Assembly: GCA_977030845.1 (NCBI GenBank) | Contig: OZ365116.1 | Coordinates: 15,562,001-15,626,000 of the forward strand | Source of the DNA: Fimbriosthenelais zetlandica | Taxonomy: Eukaryota | Reading direction: 5' to 3' | Length of the DNA stretch: 64,000 bases | Part shown: one piece after another, positions 1-14,300 of the stretch | Position numbering within the stretch: the first letter of the stretch is position 1 | Layout of the letters: each line of letters starts with the position of its first letter | Notes under the pieces: model-generated | Database searches by the model: none | What the model saw: only the letters and a program-made list of their open reading frames with translations | Told to the model about the DNA's origin: nothing | Position numbers and translations under genes: made by a program

Positions 1-3000
1 TCCTCACAGTTCTGTGTAACTTACACTGGTAGAAGTCACTTCTTTGCCCCATGGACAGGCAATTCATCTGAACAGCCAAAGAGAAATGAGACGTGCATCT
101 CTGATGTCAAAGAGGACTTGCCAAGGCGAGGCCATCCATTGTCAAGAATTTCTGAGTCCACCATTTTGTGCTGAAGTCATTCCTTGGTGCAGAAATCATT
201 TTCTGATATCCTGTAGCATATTTTATATCGGCAGTCTGGTGAAGTCATCATTGTCAAAAAACATACAGACATGTCATGTAACCTCATGTTCTCTTCCTAT
301 CATCTTAAAATATTAATTTGAGACATCTATCCTTCCCTGTTGTCCCAAACAGGCCATAAATTTCCATCCAAATTCCACCAAACCTCACCAGCCAAGTCAT
401 GTTTGTGACATTAGTTCAGTCTTGTCAGAATTAATGGGACTAAAATCCAAACATCTACAGCGGAAACTGTCTGTATCCTCCATTCCTGCAGCAAGGCGGA
501 AGTTGGCGAGTGACTTCCGGTGGGGTAGCCCTCCAAATTGAGGGCAGGCCTTTATTGGCTGGGCGTCAGAGCAGCTAATGGTAGAATGTTGTAGAGGAAA
601 TTGGTGTGGATTTAACAAGGTCCCTCAGTCTGATCAACGTCCTGGCTGATTCCCTCACTGATAGAAGAACCACCTTCCATTCCAGTGTATCCACACATGG
701 GAAATAAAGGCAGAATAAAAACGCCTTCCGATGAATACATCAAATGCTTATCCCTCTTTACAACTCTCTATATAATATGTTTGTGGAAGATGGGCTCTGT
801 GATGGCTGTCAATGATTATATGTTTGCAGGAATAAATTTCTATAATCTCCTGGCAGTGGACAAGCTTGTAATTAAATATTTGATCAATTAATAGAGCAAG
901 ACAAGTAAAGGGTGGATGGCTATTACTCTTTTGGCTATATCACCTGTATACCAACTTTTTTCTGATGTGAAGAAGAAATTTCTATACATGCATATATCAT
1001 ATAGGTTATGCATACCTAACAGATGCTGATTTGAAAGGATGGGGACAGCCCTTTTCCCAGTCAAATTCCCCAAGGAGATGCGCACAACTGATTTGACTAT
1101 TTGATTAAAATTCATCAATATTTAACTGACATAAATAGTTGAAAGTGGACGTGGACAATCTAACATGGAGAGAGGATACAAACATAGATACAATGCCTTT
1201 CCACATGTTGAACAAATGTGACTATAACATGTGTAAATTTGCTGAACTGTCAAATAATCACATGGACATCTGATCTGAGGTGTTGCTGTACAGTACAGCT
1301 ATACACACTTCAACCACCCTCCATACATAGACAGAAAAGACATGCACAGCCCTCTCCCTCTCTACCAGCAACTTGACATGTTTTGAAAAGCCTCCATTGA
1401 AAAATGACATCAATACCCCGGGAGACATGGGTAGTTCATAAAAATCTGTCAAGTGATTTGTACTGTTGAACCTCATGCAATCTGAATTGTGCTTGCTCAG
1501 GGACTGGTTGGGATTGCCTTTGGAGAGTTTTTCTTCCCCCGCTGGTTCCCTCCTAATCAAGCTCGTCCCAGAGCGAGTGGCACTGCTGAAGCACGTTAAG
1601 ATAACACGAAGAACAAACATTACCCCGCTACTCACTATTTAGTAACAATTTAAAATGAACTACGCCTACAATGCCTTGTGTGCTCGCCTAAAAAGAAACC
1701 CACTCGAGTGTGTTTTCTTGTTACAAACTGACTAGAGTGGGTAGAAACGAGAAATGTGAGTTTGTATGTACGCAGGATGGCTGGTTATTGTGATGGGTGT
1801 GAGTCTTTGTGGATGGGGGGTTCATAATGTAGAAGATATCTGTTAAAGGGCTGCTTCCCCTTGTACCATCCTTCCTGCACCCAGGTGCCATTTACCATTC
1901 GTAAATCCACTTCAAATTTATATTTGCTGCAGCAAACATAACAACAGGGTTCGTGTTTAACTTCAGGAGAGCCTTAGGAACATCCAAACTCGAGTATACA
2001 ATCAGGTATAATAAAATGCACCGAGACGGCTTTTTTGGGAGGCCATTGTACATGATCCCCTTTTCTGTAAGGGATCTGTCCTGGTAACCCTTCTACTCCC
2101 AGCCCCTCTAGGTCCCACGTGCTAACCCTCGAGTCGGGGTGAAGGCAGTGCGGGCACCTGTAGAGAATCAAGGCCTGGGACCCCTCTATTTATTATAGAC
2201 AGGGTCCCTGTCATCACAACAACATCTCCACATAGAAAAAGGAAACTTTCCTCAAATTTCTCGCCGCACAGGCTGTTTGAGGCACTGCCTCTCAGAGGCC
2301 GTATCTATGTGAGCTCTGCAAACAGGCAAATAAAGTAAAGTTGTTGAAAAGGAGGGGAAGGTACATAGAGGATGAAAAGAAGGATTGAGGGCCTTCTCGC
2401 CTGCTTCTATATGATGGTGTTTGGGGGTCGGTGGGTAAGGTAACTCCTGGGAAAAACTGGCAGAGGCACAGCTTGGTAGATGGGGTAACTGAGTGCAGAA
2501 AATGGCAATAGATTCAGCCTATAGTATGTCCCTGATGTCTCTATATATGAGCTTTATACTATATCAGAGACAAATAGATGCTGCCCAGGAGCGGGCAGAC
2601 CAATGAATAGATAATCATCATTAAGTCATCACATTTCTTGGTGGTCTGTTGCGGTTGGAATCTGAAGTGTTTGCGAAGGATTTGCTGTTCCAGAGGCAAA
2701 GAATCCATGTAGGCCTACCTGATAATTTCAGGCACAAAATATTTACAAGAGGGAAGATAAGTTATAGGTGTTGGGGATTATGGAAAGCAGAGATCGATCA
2801 AGAACGGATCTCGGTATGGATTGTAGTATGAACTAAGTCTAACAAACTGAGATATGTCCAACATTTCAGAGGAACAATGCGACTGCTGATAATCTACACA
2901 TGAGACAAAGAAGTTTCATATGTCATGAAACTGAAAGAATAAAGTTTTCCCACTTGAAGCAATTATTTTCGGTGTAGGTTATTTCCTGGCAGTATTGATC

Positions 3001-3369
3001 TAACACTGGACCCATAAGAGCCTCTCTTACGCCTCCTACCGTCAGCCTCTCACGGCCCTCCATATTCATACTGTCTGTATTGGTTTGCGTGCTGGTCGTC
3101 AGGTGGCCTCGTTCACGGAAGGGCGAATAGAGTGTGGGCGCGTGTGGGGGCATCTTGTCCCGGCCAGGAGAAGATCACTAGCAAACACTGGCCAACACGT
3201 TCATACCCTTCACTTCACACCTCTGCCACCAGAGGCGTCCTTGTCGGTCAATGCAGGCTCCCTCTCGTGGTAAAAGGCCTGTATTTGTCTTTCCTTCCTG
3301 TCATCCCAATGACCGCTCCCTGGCGATCACGTTGTCTTAACAACGCCCTCTTTCACATCCATTGCGACT

Positions 3370-3580
3370 TCGCGTCCAAACCGGAAATGTATCGTGCTGC
3401 GCCGTGCACGGGCGTAGGTTGACTTCACCTGAAGGAAACCTCCGATCATGCCGAGCCACCTGTGACAGGGAAAGACAAGAAATACTCTTAAAACAGCGGA
3501 AACACAATTCATGATTTGACAAAATTCAGATTGGTTGATCGCAATGGCGCATGCATCATGTTAATAGCCCACTTCCGGTC
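3370..3580. promoter_or_regulatory. CpG-rich promoter-like region (ETS and NRF1-like words)
   Basis: CCGGAAAT ~3381, GCGCATGC ~3548 and CACTTCCGGT ~3570, inside a CpG-rich stretch at 3020-3580. No associated CDS recognised. Confidence 0.25.
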
Positions 3581-6500
3581 TAAAAATTGCATTTGCAATA
3601 CATGGAAGCCAGCAATTGGGGATTATTCACCAAAGAGCATGGTCTGATAACCAAGAGCGCCATACTGTTAAGATATAAATAGTGAACAGATCTCTAATAT
3701 ATTTTATAAACATTCTATCGTAAAAGAAATCTGCCTGTGTTCAGGAATGTAGGCTGGGTCGTTTCTGGTGAAGACAGCCGTTGTGGTAGCCTATACTACT
3801 CACATGTTTCTAATAGCTACAATTATTGGCTTCACCGAGGGCGTGGAAGAGGGGTGACCAAGATTATGTACAGAGGATCAAATGCCAATTTCCTTTGCAA
3901 TCATAATGTTTTGGACATTTTTCCGTAACATTTAGGCAAGTGTTATTAAACAGGAAAAACTTTGAAAGGACCAAAAAATGGAGATGAAAATCACCTCAAC
4001 CCGACACTGAAAGGTGCTTCCTGCTGTTTGCTTTTCTTTTGTTAAATCCATGGCATTCACCAACCCACTAATAGACAAAAATATTACTACATTCAAAGGA
4101 CAAACTGAAACAGGGCATCATAATTGACGACATCTGGCGTTTTGTAAAGATGTGCATACATGTGGCTTCGTCCGACATAAAAACAATCACACAATTAGAT
4201 GAAATTGGGGGAATGGAAGCTTACTTCTAACAGTGTTATTTTACGACATTTCCGATCCAAGCGCCAGATAAAAACTGCCTTCTGAGTGGCCTGGGGTCCC
4301 CAAATGTAAGCTTTTTTCTTGGCGCTCATTTGCTCACCAAGTGAAGCTCTGAAAGGAGGCGAGCTAATAAAGGATGATGGGTCACGATCGGGAGCCAGCC
4401 CTTATCTGTGGCGAGGAAATCTTCTATAAAATCTCCTCGTTGTTCAGCTTTCAAAGCCCCTTCATCCAATGATCAGATAGAAAACTTTAGGTCCGGATGG
4501 CAGGGACCTGGGACTTGTTGCCGAAGCTTTGTCGTCTTTCAAGAAAGGTTTAGAAACTTTTCTCTTCCACTTAAAATATGAAGCGTAATTAGAGCTACTG
4601 TATGGTCTAGAGCTCAACCTCCTCTCTATTTAAGGAGATAAGATCATTGTCATTCCCTCAACTTTTCATCATAATGAGTGGGGGTTGGGGTAGATATGAT
4701 AAAAAATTTGAAAACCAGCCATTAGCGGAACTTTTTCACTAATTGTTCAAGATTCCGCATAAGTCCAACTAATTTGAAAGAGCGTTTTCCATCAGTCAAC
4801 GTCTGGCTGCATCTGTCACCACCAAGTGGTGGACTCATTCTCCATGATGTAAGAGATACATTACCCATAATCCTCACCCAATACCCGCCTCGCCACGTGG
4901 CATCAGACTCTACAGTCTCATCGGGTCGCGCGTATGTTAATCTTAGTTTATTTATTCAATATATATTTCAGCCGGGACGGAGGCAATCTAGCAGAGTGGA
5001 TTACACTTCTTTCTAAAGGTAATGTTTGTCTCAGAGAGAACAAACTTCATGGGCAACTGGTCCTGTGTCCATAACAACATGTGACGCGCTGCTAGGGTTA
5101 CGTTGCATCTGGTCACATCTTTTACCTTGAGACAGGAAAGGCAGTGCCCCCAATGGATGCGGATGAAATTGAGTTAAGCGCGCGATGTTGTCCTGTTGAC
5201 ATTGGCGGCTTGCGGTACAATGGCCTCCACGCCATGGCCGCAAGACAGCCATACAGCAGATCTGATCAAATGTCTTTTGTTCTCTAACATGAATGAAGTT
5301 CTACTTATTTATTGGTGCTTGGTGTTTACGGATTGGGGACAATAGTAAACTCCAATAACCACAATTTCAAAGGACGGGGTGCCAAATCCTCCTTCTGAAC
5401 ATTGCTGATGCCTGTGGCAAATGTTTAAACCACAGATTAACCATATCAAATCTATGAATGGAGATCAAAGCCCTTTCATAAAACAATCATTTCAAAGTAA
5501 AGCACTTTCTTGCTATTGCTAATTAATGCTTAAGACAACCAGCAAAAATCAGCAAGATCTCCCATAATATTTCACGTGTTATATTGTACTAGCGAGCATA
5601 AGCATCCTAAGAATATCATGGTCCACTTTTATGGTGCTGTGTTTTTTCAATATAACATTTTTTTTAAATGTCTCCGCATGATAAAGGGTTATTGCAAGCA
5701 CGTGTTATGCCCTCCTCAAGTAGTTGCGGAAACCTTTAGATTGATAGGGCGACAATTGCGGGGAAAATGATCGCCATAACAGTCAGATTCCAGCTAGCTT
5801 CACATTGTCAGCTGAACAAGACCAATGATGATGGATTAGCTGATTGGTGGTCACATGAGACGTGATTGGGTCGTGGGCTTTACTGCTCGGGCATGTCCCC
5901 ATGTCAAAGTCTGATAGCTCTTAGGTCATAGGTTCCGCTTCTACCATGTTCTATTTATCACAGATAAACTAAGCGGGGAAACCTATCCAAGATTAAAGAC
6001 TGTTCAACGAAGAAAGCTTTCACCATTTTCCAGGATTTAACTCTTGTACTCATCTACTCTTACATATTCCACTCATCTCCTGGAGGGAAACAAGCGACTA
6101 TAATCCTCACTTTTTTCTTGAGTCTCCCATTCCCTTCTCTATTTTCCTTTCTCATTCTCCTCGCCCGATTCCCACCAACACTCATCGTGCTAAGATCTCT
6201 GTTCTCTACCACTCCTCCTGCCGTTTATCTTAAAACCAAAACTGTGAATAAAAAAGCCTTGGTGTAATATTGACATACTCCACGTGATTAAGGGCAGTCG
6301 CATTAATTCACGGCAATACTTGACATGTTTTATTTGGTGGGCAGACGATCAGGCAACCAAACACAGTCCGCCAGAGGGAGTGAGACAGAGCGCGTGCACG
6401 GGCATAATTGACGCGTCCAGGGCGTGGAGCGGACGACATTCACGTCGCCAACCATGTGAACTCAGACGACGTAGTCAAGGTCGTGACAAGATCCCGGATA

Positions 6501-7822
6501 TGACCCTATTGAGGACCGCTAAATGGCAGAGGTGTCATATTACTCCACAAGGTAAGAGGGTTCAGACCGAAATAAAGGTTTGTCTCCTTCCCAAACGTTC
6601 ATTTCCAAGAGGGAAAGGATAGTTTGAACCGATTCTTGTCAGTATTCCCAGGTTCAGGGAGCATCAGATGGCTGTGCCTGGTAGTCTGCTATAAGATGAT
6701 AAGGTTTGAGGGTGTGAAAGTGTCTTCATTCTTAGCACGAACCACTGGTTATTCCCAACTAACTCCTGACTAGAAACAAGAGCGGATGCACGCGTGCAGG
6801 AGGCGTGTCCAGAATTATACACATCTGTATGAATGATAAATTAGGACACATTATCAGGCTACTTGTTCTATATGGCTGATGACAATCATATGTACAGTCT
6901 ATAAAGGTGGGCCATATTAAGATCAGCAAATGTAGGGGAATGAGACCCGAATCATCAGTAACATGAATTTGTTCCAAGCCTCAGAGTAGGCAGGAAATCA
7001 TCAACTGCCTGTCCACACTGAGTGAGGAGCGCTATAGGCTGATAAAGCCATCAGCTGTCAAGCTTCCCCCGTGTGACATCAGCAACATGCCTTATCCGCA
7101 GCTGCATGTCATGTTCCTCCTCTTTCACGTCATTGTTTCTCAGATCTTTTATTATAGGACATCTGAGTGAGAGTGACGTGGGAGGGCGACCTTTGTTAGA
7201 CGGGGTATAAATGTCATATTGGCGTCACACGGATCTTGCATGTTCTAAATCTAAATCCATAACCTGACGTATTGAGTTTAATCTGGTTTTTGGGCGATAT
7301 AAAAAAAAATCTAGAAATATCCCTCAGCTGACCTGACTAAAGCTTCTATACAAGAATACAAAGTTTGGGTCAGTTTTGAGGGTTGCTAGAGCGCGACGTA
7401 ACCTTGGGATATCCCTGTCCACCCACTCTTGTGACGTCCCCTGAACCAAAATTTGCAGGACATTAGAGGTCTCTAGCCCTAGGTACGCAGTTCTCTACCC
7501 GTGTCGGTAGTACAAGGCGAAAAGATACTGCTCCAGGCATGCATGGTGCTGAGAATGGAGCGTGAAGGGGAGAGAAAGGAGAACCAGCTAGAGGCACGTT
7601 TTTCATCCCATCTATAGAGCTCTAGAGACACGCCTCAATACAAACAGGCATCTAACATGCAGGCATCAATAGAGTACCAAAGTGACTGGGCACAGGCAAA
7701 ATTGTATGACCAGAATATGAAAATCCATGTGGACTGTTGGATTTTGATGTTATTGTGCCTATTCTGGCCCTTCCATGGAAGGCTTAAAAAGATATCTTAC
7801 CAACTATATCTACGCCATGGAA

Positions 7823-7896
7823 TAGAGATTCTTTATGAGATTAGGCATTTCTTCTGCTGGAGTAGAGATTCTTTATGTAGGCATTTCTTCTACTGG
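7823..7896 (+). repeat. Two-copy tandem duplication (~40-bp unit)
   Basis: TAGAGATTCTTTATGAGATTAGGCATTTCTTCTGCTGG (7823-7860) versus TAGAGATTCTTTATG----TAGGCATTTCTTCTACTGG (7863-7896): one 4-bp indel and one substitution. Confidence 0.9.
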
Positions 7897-7989
7897 CCCC
7901 TGTACCTCTTGACAGCCCTCACACGTCATGTCTCAAGGTCACCCTTCAAGGTCAAACCCGGGAGGAATCGTTAGTACCATGTTTGCTTG

Positions 7990-8325
7990 GTTGGTGGCAC
8001 CAGCACTGGGTCGATACAGACGACATGGCGTTGCTTAGTAACCGTCAGCGCCATCTTGGGCGTCAGCTTTAAACAATAAACGTGCCGTTAGTCGTGCTGT
8101 GTGTCCATGTTGACCGTTCTAACCATGCCGATCACATATCTGACATGGCTCCACAAATATACCTCAGGCAAGAGGGAGAAAGAAGGTGAACGACACACCC
8201 CCAGTTCTACCTTCCACACCCGTCCCTGCCTCCAGCACCAACCCTCTTCATCTCACCCATCTACCTTCCTACCAAGCCTCCAAGGTCACGTCACCGGAAG
8301 TGCTTGATCGGTGACACTTCCGGCA
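7990..8325. promoter_or_regulatory. Housekeeping-type promoter-like region (YY1 site plus inverted ETS pair); gene unidentified
   Basis: CGCCATCTT (YY1, minus orientation) 8049-8057; CCGGAAGTG 8294-8302 and CACTTCCGG 8315-8323; CpG-rich. No associated CDS recognised. Confidence 0.35.
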
Positions 8326-11300
8326 GTCTGTACATTAGGTTTTTTTCTTTTTCCCCTCTGGCTGGGCTAAATGGTGTGCAATTTCACTGCTGGGGAATTT
8401 CAATGATCAATCGTGTAATGAATGTGAGGAAGGCATGTTGGCATGTTTTGGTATTGTCTTAGGCTATATAGGCTATGTTGCAGCAGTGTCTTGCATATCC
8501 AAGTATACGTTTAATCTTCGTGACATGGCATATTTCTCATGATCTTTGTCCATGGAAGCTCAGATGGGCGACATGTAAAAACAAAGAACACAGACAAAGG
8601 TCCAAAAAGCTGCAAATTCTCGACAACAAAAACCCCAAATCAAGTATTGAAGGCCTCCTGCTAAAGTATATATGTGATGTCCCTTGCACTTTATATATTG
8701 GTTCACCTCCCATAGCCCTCATTCTAATCCCTGCTCATCCCGTCTTAACTTCCCTCTCCCATCTTGACTGTGGATAATATTTCAGAGAGGACCTTGTGGC
8801 CATCTTAATATGTCGTCAGGGCGTGAGGTAGAGCGCTGATCTAAGGCCGTAACGGTAAACAAGCCTCTACGTCTTGCCAGGGGATTTTCCCTCACGAATC
8901 CCTGGAATTCACAAATACATATTTACATCTAGATTCTGTGCTTTGCAAACAGTCATCTGGTAAAAGGCATTTGTAAGTCAATAATGGGCTACTGGTCCCA
9001 CGTATTACATGATGTACATATGCATGATGGGTGTGAGAAGCAGAGGCCTTCAATTCAAAAAGTCACGTATAATCCATGCACTATATGGGATAAGTGCATA
9101 TCTCTGCATTTATATTTGGGTTCATTTATGAACTCATGGCAGACATGCAATACTGCCATATTTTAGGCAGGTAAAACTTTCCAGTATTAGTTCCATATAG
9201 ACAACTATCAAAGATTTGGGGAATATTCATACTGACAAATATTTTATGCAGGAGAGGTGATAGGGTTTCAGGTTTCAGTTTTTGTAGAGAGGACAACCCT
9301 CGTGTCTTTGAGTTCCTTGTATGGATTAGAATCTGATTTATATAGATTATTCAGCCACATAAACTCCTGGCCCTAACTGGTCAGCCACATTTGCGGAGTC
9401 TGCCCTGACTGATAAGTAGAGCGACCGGCCAGTAGGATGAGGACGATGGGAGAGGCGACTGCCGACAATGAGAACCTTTACAGAGAGGCAATCACTGCAC
9501 CATTCTATATACAGTATCTATTTACTTTTCAAAGATTTTTTGAAGGGACATAATATAGTCAGCAATGATTCAATACATCATGAAAATCAAAATCTTTTCC
9601 GTTTTTGTTCTTCGTTTAATCCTGTTTGTAATTTTAACACAGTTCGCTATTCTTCTATCGATATCCCCTTCTTTCTTTTCACGCCCTTTTTACATCTAAA
9701 ATTATGTTTGCATGGAGGAGATGGAGCTGGCCTGATGTGTCACAAAAAGCAGTCTACATTTGTATAAACCTGAGTGTATTGTTGCCCGGGCATACATGCT
9801 GTTTTCATTACAAGTTGGTCATATCGCCATCTTGCCACAGAAGGACCCCGAAGGTGACTTCGTACAATGGAAACCTTACACCTTGCTCCTATATACCCAC
9901 ACGAGCCTTCATAAAAGACCAAACATTTCAGGAAAAAATCTGCACCCAGTCCTCCCACTTGTGGTGGTGAATACATGTAAGTGTGAATATTGGTGGTGGG
10001 TGTGGAGGGCTCCCCCAGCCCTGCTGGATACAATAGCTGTAATGCTGAAGCCAGTAGCAGGCGGTGGGAGAGGATATTGGAGGCATTATTACAGTGTCCA
10101 TCTCCTCTATGTGGTGTGGCATTAGAGCGTTTTAGCGGGTAAAGCATTGAGGCGCCTGTGAGGCGCTCTTCTAATCCACCCTCAAACACAGGCCCATGTC
10201 TCTGTGTTTGTCCGCACCGAGGAACAGCCTCCCTCAGCCGCGGCCCACCAAGGATAATTAAGCAAAGATACAAGCAAGGTCCTCCTTCTCCTTCTCCCTG
10301 GTCCACGGCCAGATAAAGAAAGAGTGGGTGGAGATGTGTTGAAGGAGACGACTGAAAAAAGACATCGAAAAATATCCTTTTCAGGCGGAAAAATAAGCCA
10401 AGGGAGCAACGGGTACATGCAATGATGGGTGTTTCTTTTTACGAAATCCCCCACACGGGCTTGGTATTGTTTGCAAGATAAAAATTATGTATGGTAACAT
10501 GCTTGCGACAAAGAGCCAGCAATTATAGCAAAGAAATAAGTAACTACGGAACAAAAGATGAACAATGTCAACAGGACTCTCCATGCTGAAGTTTCATTGC
10601 ACGAATAAGTGTAGTCACAGGTCGGTGCACTTAAACACAAGCCTCCACTGTGTCACAAATACACGCTCAGTTATGCTCTTTGTTAGATTTTCTTCAGTTT
10701 TTATTATTGGAGACGATATCTTTTCAATGTTCTAGCACAATTCCACCTGTTACATAATCCCTTTAGGCCTATACATCTGGTCAGTATGATCATGACAGAA
10801 TCTTTAATGACTTGCAGATAAAATGATGAAAGAAATGATCTGGTTGACTTTATATAGCCACTAAAGGGTGGGTCATGGCCTGTGTTTTCCTGGAATCAAC
10901 CCTAACACCAACCATGACACAGGGCGACCAGAACAACCAACATCTCCTCTTACATGCTGGCTCTACCTTATAAGTGACCTTGGAAGTAAGCGCCAAGTAT
11001 CCGTTAGTTACAGGGACGTGCACGTTGTGCCATCAAAGAGACAGATGTATAGAGGTAGAGAATGAAAACAAGGGCATGATAAAATATCCTGATGTACCAG
11101 GGATGTGTGAGGAGACAATCTGATGTCTATATTCCCAGCTTTCATTTAGTAAGCCTTTATCATAAGCTGACTCCCCAGAGCAGGAATTCAGGCACCTCTC
11201 ACTTGAAGTGTTGTTTTCCACTCTCAGACATTAACTTTTTTCCAACGTGTGCGTTTGGAAGGATTAGAAATAATTAATTCAAGCAATCACTTTATTGCCC

Positions 11301-14300
11301 TGGAGGGTCTGGGACTGGGCTGAGGACAGGGCTTGGTCTAGAGAGAGGGTAGAGCGGGTGTGGGAGTTATTTGTAACCTTCTGTTCAGCTCTTTCTCTCA
11401 CTAGCCTTCAGCTCGTGTTTCCACCATCTGCTGACCGTCATGAAGCAATGAGCCTACACCTGAATGCTCTAAGGGGATTAGAGGCTTGATGCCCTCATCC
11501 TCCGGTGGTCACTTGGTGGCCAGTCAGAGGCAGCGATTCTTGCTATTGATCCCAGCGGCCTCAAGGCCAGCACGGCCCGCTCCATCCCTCCCCAGCGACC
11601 GGCCTCCCGTGGCCGTACCCTGATCATGCTCCTGCATCCAGTCAGCAGCCTTACAGTTTGTTTTCTGCTCTCTCTGTCAACAAGAACCATCAAAGCCACC
11701 AGTCCTGCCCGTTTAATATGGCAGATGAGGATAACGTGTCACTACCTCCTTCTTTTTTATTCCCTTTGTCACGAAAATTTGTCATGATAAATGAAAAAGA
11801 GCTTCTGGGAGAATAGAGGCTAGCCGTTTATAAAATTATCAAAAAGGGCCCTCACACATTGCTCTGATGAAATGGCCTTGATTTCCTAGGTGGATTAATA
11901 GCTCAAAGTGCAGCGGAAAGCCTCCCATGCATCTAGATATTACTCATATCAATACCACAGGGACAAAAACCTTTCAGTCTAGATTGCAAACGGAAGATCA
12001 AGGCTTGATGCCCTGGTTCTATATCTTGCGCACTGAGGCAGTATTGGCTTCCAACAGCAAAGTTGCACAGTTCTTTATGACTCTGAAGGTATTTATCTAT
12101 AAGGGCTAGAGGGAAATACTACGTACTGAAAGTACTTTCTCTAACACATGGCTTGAGAGATATGCAACCAATTATTTACAAAAGCCCAAAAGCAACAAAA
12201 GGCTAATCCAGAATTAAATACTTCTCATCCGTTGTCCTTCGGCTGTGCGGGAACGCATTTCACATATTGGAATTCATGAGTGAAATTCATCCAACAATTG
12301 GACAAAGAGTGGTAGGAATGATGCGATTCATGGGTAGAGATGATAAAGTGAAGGGAAAAGCTGATTAATATACACAGCTCATACATGAACCTACCACCTC
12401 CAACCTCAATGACCTCTTCACTATATGACCTTGGAATCCCCTCAGAGAACAGTTTCACAAGGCAGTAGGCTCTTACTCCCTGCATCTATATATCTATATG
12501 CATAACATGCATATATACATGTACCCCAACTCTAGCCCAGGCTTTCTTCATCATTAAGTTTCTTTCCACAAAATTGAAGCTTTCTCTTCGTCGACGAATA
12601 TATTCAATTTGGCATATCAGCTTTTCAGTCCATAGATTTCTGACCCCTCTGGCAATGGTCGGCAGTCTGACCAGAGTTCAGGAAGAGATATCATCCACTT
12701 TTTCCTGTCCTTACCTCCTACCCTTCCCTTCTTCCTTTCACCCCTGGTCATGACATAGACTGCAGGATGAGTCTTGAAAGGCAATACAGACAAAAGCCCG
12801 ACCAAAAGGCAATCGCCACTCCGCCTAAGGGAGGACAAAACACGGCCAAACCATCGGCGATTACACAAAATAGAATTAGAATTACATGGGCTGGCTGATG
12901 AGGGAGATGGGATTCGCGGCCAGGCTCACAGGAGGAGGCGGGCGCGTCATGTCGTGAGCCAATGTTTGACAATTCCCACACTGCATGCCAGGCCATGTTC
13001 CGCGTCCACAATTAGCGGTTGTAATCTCCATAATTAGGAGCCTGATCAAGACCAAATCTAAGCACTCCTCAGTCCGGAGACTTCCCGATGCCCATGGTCT
13101 CGCTCACGCAGACTTGCCGCGGCCATTTAACGTTTACTCGCTGCATCTATGATTTCATTTCGCACCAAAATCTGGTGAGCAGACGACAAGGTTCTGCGCC
13201 CAGCGTTCTAGATCACCATCCATGTCTTCTCCACAATCACAATCCTAGCAAGTTTTTTCCCCAACCCCAAAAGCCTTTTTTTAAAGTTTATTATTGCCAT
13301 GCATGTTCTATTTTATAGTTAATTCAGATCAATGGAGCGTTGTCCCGAGAGAATTGAGATGGAATTGGGCAGGGGGAAATTCAAATGACTTTGACATAGA
13401 GGTTGAGGTCTCAGCCTTCAAACCCTCGTCTACCCATGTACCGCTGAACATATAAAACCATGCCGGGTATATGTAGAAGCTTGTTGAACACCTGTATTTC
13501 GCTTTTGTGGGCTCTCTACTTAAGACGTTACAACGTGTTATGTTCACCAAGTGCGTACAAACACCAAGTTTTTGCAGGCTTTTCTCACTGGCACAGTCCC
13601 TCCTGAATAGACTTTCCTGTTGTCATCCAAAGAAGCGCCCTCGAGGAACTCTTTCTTTGACTATATCCCAGTGTGTTGACAAAAACATTAGTGTCTTGTA
13701 CACCGTTGTCATGCAACAATGTATACATCGTCGGTACTAAGCAGTTCTTTGAGAATACTGAGCAAAGATTCTCCTCATAAGGTTGCACAAAGGATGGCTC
13801 GACAATGGAGAAGATTGTGAAGAAGGAGGGTGAAAAAACCGAGAGGAATTTCCCTCTTATACTTTGGGAGAGACATTAACTACAAACATGTGTCTGTGGT
13901 ACCTTGATGTGGACCTACAGTGTCATGTTTCTCCACCTTATACGTTATAGCAGGAGGTCGCCATCTTTTGTTAAGGCTGCAAGTGTCCATCTGCAGATAA
14001 TGAGTGGCAAGGACATTATATTCTCTAGCGATTCAGCCATTAACAGCAGAGGAAAAGAAAATCCTGCAAAAATGGTATATACCATTGTCTATAAGTAATT
14101 GAAGCCTCAAGTGGGAAGGCCTAGAGGCTGATTGGAGGCCTAGAGCCAGGCTGACTGTCTCGTTTGGAGGTAATAATTATATAGAGGAGACATACTTGTG
14201 TAGGGTTAAATGATAACTGTACCCGCACCTCCGCCACCTTGACCTATACTACTCACGTCTCCCTCCGTCACCATGGAGATCTCACGTCCGCTCCAGCCTC

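Noticed and set aside
354-543. Open + strand frame after a CAG acceptor-like site, ending in a stop with AATAAA words at ~712-720 (possible terminal exon)
   Set aside because: Peptide not recognisable and no upstream exon can be shown; not supportable without homology or RNA data.
2177-2208. Imperfect hairpin GGGACCC...CTAT-TTATT-ATAG...GGGTCCC
   Set aside because: Short and bulged; within chance for this window, with no gene context for a terminator or MITE.
3154-3165. CTTGTCCCGGCC matches the 3' part of miR-92
   Set aside because: The seed region (TATTGCA) is absent and no matching hairpin arm is evident.
4338-4472. Protein-like 45-codon minus-strand stretch (SLDEGALKAEQRGDFIEDFLATDKGWLPIVTHHPLLARLLSELHL) ending at a TTG|GTGAGC donor
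   Set aside because: An in-frame stop directly precedes it, there is no credible acceptor, and I do not recognise the peptide. A BLASTX could overturn this.
7823-7896. Repeat-like duplication considered as a CRISPR array
   Set aside because: Only two adjacent copies, no spacers, no cas genes, eukaryotic context. It is a simple tandem duplication.
9740-10306. Longest ORF in the track (188 aa, minus strand)
   Set aside because: No recognisable domain; overlaps several equally meaningless ORFs on both strands. Consistent with chance in a GC-richer patch.
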